Assembly (NCBI GenBank): GCA_903813345.2
Contig: CAIIXF020000001.1
Span: 4,154,001-4,218,000 of the forward strand
Direction: 5' to 3'
Length of the DNA: 64,000 nucleotides
DNA from: Owenia fusiformis
Taxonomy: Eukaryota
In this document: piece by piece, positions 37,448 through 49,400 of the stretch
Position numbering within the stretch: the stretch's first letter is position 1
Layout of the letters: every line of letters begins with the position of its first letter
The notes under the pieces: generated by a model
Seen by the model: only the letters and a program-made list of their open reading frames with translations
What the model was told of the DNA's origin: nothing
Database searches by the model: none
Translations under genes and position numbers: made by a program

Positions 37448-40400
37448 TGTCAGTCTGTCTGTCCATACGGAAGATAACTCAAATAATAGTAGACAGATTT
37501 TCTTCATATTTGGTGTATATTGGTGAATGGTTTTACGCAAAATAAAATTTTTCAAGATGGCCACCGCTTTAAAAATGACAGGACTTTTTCGCAAAAATCA
37601 TAAATTTTTCATTCTAAACCAAAGTAATTTATATTATTGTTTGAAATGTTGGTAGTATATTCACAACATTTATATATTTCACATATATTCTGTGTTTTTC
37701 ATCCTGACCCTCAGGGGCCGTGTATGGGGGGTCAGGAAAACAGAAATTTTCGCTAATCTTTAGATCTTTCTGAAGTATAGCTTTATTATACTCAAATGAA
37801 AGGCAATTAAGAGTAGATTGCAAATATTGTATCTATTTTCGAGCCTCGTAAAATTCAAAATGGTTGCTTTGCAGGAATTGGCAATTCTGAAATCTAATTT
37901 TTTCAATTTTAACCAAAGTAATGAGTATAATTGATTGGAATTCGGTAATTGATATTTTGTTCGTTGGTATTTGCTACTCCGAGGAGTTGCCGTTATCTAG
38001 TTCTATCAATATCTGTTTTGGTAGTGGGAGGTTGGATAGACATCCCATTAGTTCTTATCAATGCATTTTCATGCACTTTTGTAATTCTAATTAACTTTTT
38101 TTAATTTCACCTGAATAGACTTGTTCTACATTATCTGGACAGACAGTTCTCCCCCATCTCACATACATGGCACCTCCAGTGTGATTGCCTGAGCCAGAAG
38201 GACCAGTACCACTAGGCCCTGATGATCCTTGAGAACCATGTACACCAGAAGAGCCAGAACTATTACTGGAGCACTGCTCTTTTTGCTGCAATCCTATCAA
38301 ATAGTTGATATCTTCAACTGATAGTCCTTGTGCACTTATCCCCTGGAAATATAAATGTACTCTACATCAATCATTTTTCAGAGATAACTTTTACTGGAGA
38401 AATAATGTTGGAATCGAATAATGCTGCAATTTGTAATAAATGTAAAAATGAAATCTAAGCTCACATCTCTTCCATCTTTTCCTGGACTTCCATCTCTACA
38501 TGCTGGTCCAGATGGACCTTGTTGTCCAGGAGGTCCCTGTTGTCCCGGTGAACCTGGTAATCCAGGTGGACCTTGTTGCCCAGGCATGCCATCTCTTCCA
38601 TCACGTCCATAGATACTGCCACCTTGAAAACAAGTACACTAAATGTCCATACCCCTGGTGTGTATTAGAGGCCTAAACAATGAGGAAACCTAATGGAACT
38701 CATCATTCTATTATTTGTTTTACTACTAATACATGTATTACCCGGGATCCATAACCTTAACAGCAGATGAATATTTTTCAGACATTCTAATCATTTTAAG
38801 AAAAAAATTATTTAGTATAAAATCTGTATTTTTCTCTTTGGATTTAAGTGGTAAAAGGTTATACTAACTTGCAGATGTACTGGCAGCTTGACGTTTACCA
38901 CGATCTAAATTAATGAGGTCATCACGCTTTCCTTTTCTTTCATCAGTATAACGCCACTGCTTTATTAAGGCAAACAAGAAATATGTATGTAATATTTCAA
39001 CTCAAACGAAGTTTATGGGACAGAGTATGTTCTAATATTAAAGGCTAATGCAAATGCAACACTGAGAAAAGGCATCTAATATAAAATATTCATGATAAGA
39101 TAATGGAGTTCTATACAAAGAAGAAACATAAAATTGTAAATTATTCCTTGGTCTGAAAAAATTATTTTCAAGATTGCCGCCAGTGTTGAAAACAAAGGCA
39201 ATTATTAAGCTTGCAAAATTTTCTTTTGATTTAGATAAATATTCAATGATTAATAAAAAAAAAATATAGAAAGTGTAAAGAATACACATAACACATGGGC
39301 TTAATTCTTACATGATATAAGCTATTATACGCATACCTGATCTTCCAGGGTTTCAATCCGAGTCTTAAGTTCCACTATTTCATCTTCTCCTCTTTGTACT
39401 TTCACCTGGACATTCAGTAATTCATCCTTCACTTTAAATAACTCATTGTAAAAGGTAATAGAGCATGCAAGAGACGCAACAGCTATGCATATTGTAAATA
39501 CCATCACAATTGATAGCATGCACATTCTATCCTTATTCTCCATTTTCATTTTATTTTCTTAGTTCTGAACTTAAGAAATCTGTTAAGCTTCCTCTCTTTT
39601 TCAAAGTTATGATTTTGTCATATGATATGACTTCTTGGAACTAAGGATGTTTGTTTGGTAAATAATTTTTAGAATTTATGTTTGTTCAGTTTTATGTTTG
39701 TTTAGTAAAGGAATGATCGTGTCAGTTTTTATCATCTTGTTTGTTATCTTAGAACTACTGAACCTTGTATTTATCAAAACATTTTTCTATTAATACATCA
39801 ACATGACTTTTGCAACAAACACGTTGACATCTTGAACGTGTTATTAGGACAAAAGTTTAGTCCTTCATGGTAAAAATTCTAATTTTATTAAAATGAGATT
39901 CTTACAAGATTCAAAACTACAGGTACTAGTACATTGCAAAAATGCCATTGTGGCTAAGAGACAACAACTGTTACATTATTGTAATAATGTTTGTCATGTA
40001 AATATCTTGTTTATGACTGGTCTATACTATTTTACTATCTGTACTATTTTACTACCTCCGCTATATTTTGTAATATGTTACTAGCTGTACTATTTTGCAA
40101 GCTGTACTATTTTACTAGCTGTACCATGTTACTAGCTGTACTATTTTACTAGCTGCACTATGTTAGTAGGTGCACTATGTTACTAGCCGTACTATTTTAC
40201 TAGCTGCACTATGTTATAATTTCAGATGTGAATGAGTGCCTGGAGAACAATGGTGACTGTTCAATGAAATGTGTTAATACCCAAGGCAGCTTCAAATGTG
40301 AATGTGTATCTGGATATGTGGTCAGTATAGCAACATTTATACAAAGATATGATTCTTCAAGAATAAAGATTGAAGAGTGAATAAATCTGTAAATGTACAG

Positions 40401-43400
40401 GGTGTCCATAAGTCTCTTCACAATTACAAAACAAAGTCTGTAAATTGTAAATAGACTTTCTGGGCACCCTTTATATCTTATTGATTCAAGTTCTGTTATA
40501 CTTGTAAATCAATGGTCTGTTAATGAAGAAAGCACATAAGAAAGTAAGATTAGATAAAGTTAAATTCTGGGCATGCTTGGTCTTAAAGTCAACCATATCA
40601 GGGGCAGTCCTAGAAATCAAGAGGATGGGTCAAAAAATGAAAATTGGGTCTTGAATTTAAAAAATTAGAAATAATTAAATCTTAAATTGATTTGGTTCAT
40701 CCACACATTATAACTTTTTCCTCAATTACTGCAAATTGCAAACTAAGATGTTATTTGAATTTCATTAGTTGGACGTGGATTCCTCCAGTGAGTGTTTGGA
40801 TGTAGATGAGTGTGCAGGTCCTAACTCATGCAAACAGCAATGTCTCAATACAGTTGGATCTTTCACATGTAGTTGTCAGGATGGCTTCAGCCTAGCTGCA
40901 GATGGCTTTGCATGTGAAGGTGTGTATTTCTGTGAACCACATAATGGGGGCAGGTTGTCAAATAACTTTTTCAGCAAAGTTTAGTATATTTTCCATTATA
41001 TTAAAGGTTGGAACTGTTCAAAGATTTTTCTAAATTACAAAATAATTCTTGACTTACCTCAGGAGAGTGTTGAATAGAATAAATTGAACACATTCTCCAT
41101 GGTTGCATTGGTTGGTCAACATGCTAGTTAGATGCAATAGAAAATATATACTAGCTCACACCCCCTCTCCTTTTCCAACCTCTTCACCATTTGACTAAAG
41201 TGCCTACACATGTACGGTGATAGCAATATGCTACCCTTAAAAATATTGTACTGAGTGACTGTACTTCAACTATAATGAAGAAAATGTGGAAAATAAAATA
41301 TGATTTTTTGGAATTCAGCTCCACCAGAGGATGCTTGTGATATATCATGTGGTGGAACTCAGGCAGGGCAATGTGTGAAGATAGATGGACTACCAACCTG
41401 CGTCTGCAATGCTGGCTACATAAAGGGTGACAGGGCTCAGGATGAATGTGTAGATATTAATGAATGTGAAAGCCTTGAATCTGATAAACACAATTGTGAC
41501 TTAAACTCTAACGCCAGATGCGCCAATCTAGATGGACAGGTCATTCCATACCAGTGTTTGTGTAAAGAGGGATTCAGACTTAATTCTGACAAAACGTCTT
41601 GCAGAGGTATGTGTGTAAAAACATGTCGTCGATCTCATTTATGGACTGACCAATGAAAAGGAAATGTTTTATTTGACAAAATTCTGTTTAAAAATTGGTA
41701 CAATTCATAAAAACCACTTTTGGTTATTCATAAAACAAATGAAAATTAGTGTCTGTAGAATGAAGAGTGAAGCACACATAAATTTAGGAAAAAATAATGA
41801 AAAAAGTTACATCCGAAACTAGAAGTATGTACTGTGATTTGTCAGATCATGTCACATGACCATATGATAATACACTTAGACATAAAATCAACTTTGATAG
41901 TATTTCATTGTATCACACTCCATTATGTAATAATGCTATAATAGGAGTTTAAGCTCGCAATGTTTTTCACAACCTAAACGTGAACGGAAATATTTAATGG
42001 ATGCATTTGTATTGGCGATTTGTCATATGTATAGGTTGGCGTTTCGATTTTATATGCAAGCTTAAACTCCCTAATATCTGAAAATACCATGGTATATGTC
42101 ACTGTCAATTAGTATGCTTGAGTCTTGCACTCTGTGTTTTCAGATATCAATGAGTGTAGCACTGATGTGAATCAATGGAAACACCAATGCGATCAGTCTG
42201 GCTCAGAGTGTGTGAACACCATTGGAGGATACAGCTGTCAGTGCTTTCCAGGATTTCAACAAAGAACAGAATACAATTGCACAGGTAAGCCCATCAAAAT
42301 AGGTGTTTAGTCCTTATGAGAAAATTCACTTAATTATATTTCCTTATTTATCATATATTTCCATTTGATTGATGTTAAACTCCATTGAAAAGTTCCCTAT
42401 ATTTTTGACCTGACTTGTTACTTCATTTCAAACATCCTCCACACCTGGAAATGTCTAAAATGTAAATATCTGGGAAATAAAGCCAGAGCATTCTAGGAAC
42501 CTAGTTGATTATTATCACACATGATTCACATACATGTATACCCTGTATGGTTATTTCTTCAGATGTGGATGAATGTAAAGATGGTACACATGGCTGTCAT
42601 GTAAATGCTGTGTGTATGAATAGGCCTGGTGGCTACAAGTGCCAGTGCTCAGAAGGTTACGAGGGAGATGGCATCAACTGCAAGGATGTTGATGAGTGTC
42701 TCTCGGAGTCCCTAGACACATATTGCAATGTGAACTCTCAAATATGTGTCAACACAAAGGGCAGTTACCAATGTGACTGCAAGTCTGGTTTTAAACAACT
42801 TCTTGAAGAAAGTAAGAAATGATATATTCGTTATTGTTGTATTTATCATCATGTTTATGTACTAATCCCTTCAATATCACCCAGGTCATTAAATATGTTT
42901 ATGTAAATGGCTTTCAATTTTTAAAGGTTTTTAGTTTCAATGGCCACATAATATGTACAAATAAATACTTATGCTTTACATGTGGATCCAAAAAGGCAAA
43001 ACGTTTGTCAAAGATTTAGAAGATGTCGATGCTTTCTTTAAAATACTTTTTACTTTGAATTTTTAACAATACATGTAATAGCATTATTAGCCTTTTAACA
43101 AAAAATAGTACTTCACGTAATATTTCTTTTAACCTTACCCCAGTCCTCCCTCTCTCAAAAACCCTTTACTTTTGATAAATTCTAGAAATACAAGAAAACA
43201 AAATGATCCTATATCTCCAAACATACACAATTACATTTTTGACAGCCAGTGGTTGATGTTTTAGTCTGACCCCTTTGTACATATTTACAGGTGTGTTAGG
43301 AAATAAAGGAGACTGTATAGATATTGATGAGTGTTTTAGTCCAAGGCTCAATGACTGTCAGTTCCAAGTTGGCTGTATTAACTCCCCTGGCAGCTTTAAA

Positions 43401-46400
43401 TGTACTTGTCAACTTGGCTTCAGACTCAACAATGATGGCAGAACTTGTACATGTGAGTATTTTTGAAATATTGTCTAGCTCTACAGGAAGAGACTACATG
43501 TACAAAACACATAAACAAACTTGATTTTATTCGGAATAGCCTATTAGGAAGATCTTCACGACATAACCATCTCTTACTGTGCCCTTTAAGACTTAAACCC
43601 CTATTTCACAGTTTATACTGAGAGAACCGTGTTGCACTTGTGAGGTGTTCCACTTTATTATTTACTACACATGCAAATTACATTTTTCGTTATCTCCTAT
43701 TTAGTGGCTAATGAGTGTGAGCATCCTGAGAAGTACAAATGTGACCAAGTGTGCGTCAATGTCACTGGGAAACCTGTATGTGCCTGCAATAGAGAGGGCT
43801 ACACGAAGGATCCATTCGATAATAAGAAATGTCTAGGTATGTATCACCCCCTCTCTTAAGATGACAAAATAGGAAATATAACCATAAATATCAGAGGGAT
43901 CGATGGATGCCAATGGCTGATTGGGGAATGGTGGATTCTGTTTGAATTAGGAGTCCATATTAGCTGTCATCACTTTTTTAAATAAAAACATCCAAATCTG
44001 CATTTAATTAAGAAGTTAAGACATATAGTTCATCAATTTTGTGCAGTATTTTGTTAACCTGGCTGTGACATTTTGTCGTGTTAATATCATAGATTGTTAT
44101 TGGTTTGTTTATTTTGAATTGTAGAGATTGATGAGTGTGCCCAAAGCAGTCTTTCTGCTCCTGAGAGATGTGGTGCTAACAGCAGATGCATTAACACTGA
44201 TGGAGGCTTCAGCTGTGTCTGTAACGAACACTGGCTCCTGGATGTTGATAGCTTGGCCTGTTCAGGTATGTACTGCACTCCAGGTGTGGTGTTACACTTC
44301 ATTCATGGATGATGGAACTGTTCTTTATAGTTTTCATTCAGAATTTCAAGAAATACAAACTAAGGCTAACTTAAGTACCAGATGTCAGATTTAGTTGATG
44401 CCCTCAAGGTACAGACCTTTGCTCAAAAGGAATTTTCAATATGACTATTCGATTAAAAATACTGTAGCTGCCATTTTGGTAGCAGTCGCAGCCTTTTTTT
44501 TTATATTTAAAATTTATTTTCATATCATTTTAAAATTTTACAATTACAATACAATGTTTCTTTTTTCAAGTTCTATTTTAAAATTATGTAACATATTATT
44601 ATTTTGGTACAATTTCAACTTTTGCTTGTGGATTGTCCACTTAGCAACAATTATTACTTGGTTAATATACTCTTTATCTTTACCTAAAATACCTTTAAAG
44701 ATGGTTTGTTCATTTAAAATTATTTCACAATTGTTTCTTATAAAGTCCCATATTGGGAGTACAAAATTGCATGTTATAAATCTGTGAGCTAAATCATCCT
44801 TATTTTCATTACAAAAATTACAATTTGGCGTTTCCTTTATTTTCATTTTAAAAAGTTTATCATTTGTTATCACAATATTGTGTAAAAATTTCCATTGAAA
44901 AACTATTAACTTAGTCTCTTTAGTGACATTATGTGCTAAGCACCAATGAAAGTATTTATCTACATCTGTATCATCCTTTAATAAACTGTTTGTTGGTTCT
45001 AAAAATAAATTCTGTATGTAACTAGAATAAACTTGTTTTGTTGTAAGGATTTTGACACTAGCTGTCTCTCTTTTGTGCAGAGCTCCTCTTAAAATGTTAT
45101 ACTCTAATGTGCAATTAATAGCGGTTTTTGTATTGAGATCATTTAAAGACAAAAGATTATTTTCATCATCAAAAATATCTTGAAAGTATAATATATCTTT
45201 TTTAACCAAACGTTCTAAAAGGATACATTTGTTCTTGTACTGAAAATCCTTATTCAGCCATACACTTTGAGCTACTTTATCAATTACTTTATATGCTGAG
45301 TTATTAAAAGAAATCCAAGATTTTAATACATCTTTGTAAAATTGTGGAACACTTTTGTGTATATACTTTTGAACATTGCTAAAAGTGTCACTTGCTTTTA
45401 AAAGTACATCATTTCCACATATTTTGTTAATATAATGTTTGGGTAAAATGCTCCATGAATTATCATGTGTTTCCAGTAAATTATGTGCCCATTTACACAA
45501 TAAACTGTTGATTTTACTTTTTAGATCAACCATTTTATAACCACCTTGTTAAATTTGAATAATACTACTTTATAAGGTTTATTCTCTGTTATACTGTGGT
45601 ATAAATACCAGTTATGTAAAAAATCCATCTGTTCCTCTAGAAACCAATGGTAACTGGGGGCCCTGGACCTCATACAGTAGTTGTTCGAAACGATGTGCTG
45701 GTAGGATGACTCGCAACAAGACATGCTCCAACCCACCTCCCACACAGGGCAGGTTCTGTGAGGGTACTCCCCTTGACTACAAATTATGCAACACTAAGCT
45801 CATTCCTGGCAAATGTGAAGGTAAAGTCATTGATGATGTGTAATTGTTAATGTTGAACTACAATCTGTTTTACCCCATTTCTAGATTCAAATTCCCAGAG
45901 TTTTCATCCCACTGAAATAATAGTCCCCTTCATTTTAATGAGTGAGAGGAACAAAACAAGTAAGCCTCTATACAATCCACTACTGGAAAAAACTTTACAA
46001 GCTGTCCATTACTGGATCTACATTTATATTTGCAAATGTGTAAATGTTTGATGTTTTATATGTTCATATTGTACATTTCAGTAAAGACAACAGAAATTGA
46101 CAAAGGTATTATGGTGGTCTTTCCAAATCTTAATCCAGTACATGTAAGTATAGAACATTGTACATTTTATTGTCCATTCAATTTTGGTATATTATCATTC
46201 CAATATAAAAGCAGTTAAAACTCTCTACTATAAGTTCAATATCTTCCTTAACGCTTTGTATATTCTGCTGCAAAAACATAAAAATTGAAGTTCCTCATAT
46301 TTGTTTTCCAGTGGGAAAGCATAGAAAATGCTATGTTTGCTACTCTGGCCTCTCAAGTGAACAAATACTGCCAAAGCAGTGAAGACAATTTTGTGAAATG

Positions 46401-49400
46401 CTGTCCAAAGTTTGATCTACCACCGTGAGTATTTGGAGCACCGTGTAGTTCCTATTTTGTACTAAATGTTTGTGTGTCTATGTGTGTTCAGTATTTTCTA
46501 CACCCATGTAATTACTACTGTTCTACCAGTTTTGGAGTTAAGTGGTCATAACATGGGCTTTCTCTATTAAATAAATGCCCATGGTCATAATCATATAAGT
46601 AAATATAGGGTCATACAAGGTCAGGGTCAACTTAAAGATCGAAGGTCAATATTTGGGTATGACATTTCTGTATTCTGAAGCTTTAATAGTATTATCGAGG
46701 TCAAGGTAAGCCAAGGCTATTTCTATAGGTCATGGTCACATGCAAAGTCAATTCATATGTTCATTGTATTTCCAGGCTTCCTTAGTCTATGTTTCATCAA
46801 TCCTCATTGTCTGGAAGTTTCAATTTCACCAAAAGGTGCCTTACTTAGGTCAGATAAAATTACATATAGAGATAAAGTTCTCCTAAAATTGAATAATTAA
46901 TGAGTCAGTAATAATCTAACCTATTTGTGTGTGATAATTATATCATTTATTATTTTTCAGTTAAAGAAATTGAATGAAATGTATTATATGTCCAATACAG
47001 GATACACGATTTTTCATTTATTTTGATTTTTATAACACAGACTCTTGAGAATCTATACAACTTAGAAATCACATTATCAAAATAAAATAAAAGTGCAAAA
47101 TTGGTGAAGAATTTTTTAAACCCATATGTAATTGAATCTTGTATGCAAATTTCAAATATGATAATAATTTGACTAAATTTGGAAAAAATGATGAAAATCA
47201 ACAAGATTTGAATTATGACCCTATATACTAATCTACCACATAAATTATGTATTTTGAAGATAATTGAAGATGAGATTTCATCTACGTATACTTTTGTTGT
47301 GCTATGAAGAATCTACCACATAAATTATGTATTTTGAAGATAATTGAAGATGAGATTCCATTTACGTGTTGTACTTTTGTTGTGCTATGAAGAATCATAT
47401 GATTGAAACATTCCTGCTTTCCAGGTTTTCCCCACCATACTTGAGTAATGCCATCGATCCAACTGGAGCTGAATTTAGGACTGCTAACACCTACCCTAGA
47501 GCTCATGAGCAGGGGATGAAGTTAGTAGAAACTCTCAATTCTATTTTTCTGTTTTTGAAATGCCTCAAAAATACATTGCCTGCTTAATGTCAGACATGTC
47601 AGTCTGTCAGATCATTATATGGGATGTTGCAATTTTGTACAATTTCATATTTTTAAGTATTTTATGATTTTATTTTTTTCATAAAACTAAACATAGCACA
47701 ACTACTCTATCACTTTTAAGATCAATTTAAGCAACTGTATCTGTTACACATTCACCGGATAAATACTTGTGGAGAATACCTTTTGATATAGAATTAGAAT
47801 CATAATGTAGTGACATCCAATATAAACAAACATATTGTGTGTATGAATTTTTAGGACTATAATGTTACTGATTTTAGGGTTGTTGTCTATGTTGATGCAC
47901 TTGTATCCAATCCCCTCTGTAATGGCGAGCTGCCTGAATCCAGACGTAAGCGGGACACAAGATTGAAGCGTGCGGCTGAGACGACCTATCCTATGGACCA
48001 AGAAGTGTTGACATCTGTAGCAAATCAACCAGACACTAAGTTACATCTTCAACAGGTACTACTTATTCAATGATGGAAATTCTGTCTATGAAGCAATAAT
48101 GTTAAAGCCCTTTCCCTTTCTTGATTCTAATTAATCCAGCCATTTGTTGCATAATGAGAAATTACATTTCATGAAAATATCACAATAGATTTTGTGATGT
48201 AACGATAAAATGAATATCCTTGTTTTAGACTGATGTTGTCTTGTTAATAAGAATGATCAGATTGAATGGTCTGAAGTATCCTAACGTGCTTTAGCCAACA
48301 TGTTTAAATTGAAGCTAGGCTATTGGTTAAGGTTAATGTTTCGTGTTTCTTTCAGGAGTTGACAGATTCAGGACACAGTGATATAGTGAATGATGCTACA
48401 ACTTACACTGCAGAGAAAGCCCCTAATGAAAATGAAGCTCCAACTGTTGAGCCAGTTGCAGCAGAAATGGATTCCTGGGTCATTCCAGTCATTGTGGTTG
48501 CTGCCCTACTTGTTATTGTTGTTGTTCTCATCATAGCAGTAGTGCTCATACGCAAGAACAAGTAAGTTTTGGGCATTGCTTACTTCCAAAAACAAATAAA
48601 TTCTCATCATGTTAAGTTCTTATTTTATATGCAAAATTAAGTAATTCGTACTAGTCCAACAATACTATAATAGTGTATCAAGTTCATATGCCGGTTTAGG
48701 TACGCTCATTATTCTAAAATGATGTATTCCATGCCATTGCCAAACAAACAAAAGATATAGATATGAATGGTTTATACTGTAAGTTTACATCTCATATGAA
48801 TAACTTTCCAGGGCAAAGAAAGCAGGGGAATCAACCAATCAGAGCCAGATGTTGGACCATGAGCCCAATGAGGTGCACCATCATCATGTGGATTACCATG
48901 GTGAACTTCACGGGGATACACCAGAGCCCCTTACCACTGATCCAACCGGACATAGGCCCTTCTCAGTCAGCTCAAGTGTGGGATTCTCCAGGGCCACTCT
49001 CTTTGATGATGGTATGGTTCACCCCAATACTCCGCAATATGGTGATGAGGAGCAATTGGTTGTACCAGATGAGACGCGAGGCTCATACTCCGGAAGTGTG
49101 ACACAGAGCAGAGTTAGCTCGAGAAGCTCTGGGAAATCTAGTAGGAAATCAAGCTCAAGAAATAGCAAGAGGCCTAGTAGTGCTTTATCAACCATGTCAA
49201 ACCCCCCAGTAAGTGCCCCCTCTAGACCTATGTCCACTGTGAATCAGACGTCCCAATCTCAGGAAAATCCCAGGCCTGTATCTGCTAAAAGCGAAAGGCC
49301 TGAATCTGCTAAGAGTAAAAGGCCTGAATCTGCATCTGCCAAAAGTGAAAGGCCTGGATCTGCTAAAAGTGAAAGGCCTGAATCTGCTAAAAGCGAAAGG

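Noticed and set aside
40025-40215. CRISPR-like or regulatory repeat array
   Set aside because: These are head-to-tail degenerate ~20-mers with no unique spacers in a eukaryotic intron, so an ordinary minisatellite.
350-45533. Multiple RT ORFs as a retron/DGR-like system diversifying the collagen heads
   Set aside because: All RTs are truncated LINE or Penelope types with poly-A tails, TSDs or empty paralogous sites. There is no template/variable repeat pair, and the paralog differences are not obviously adenine-restricted.
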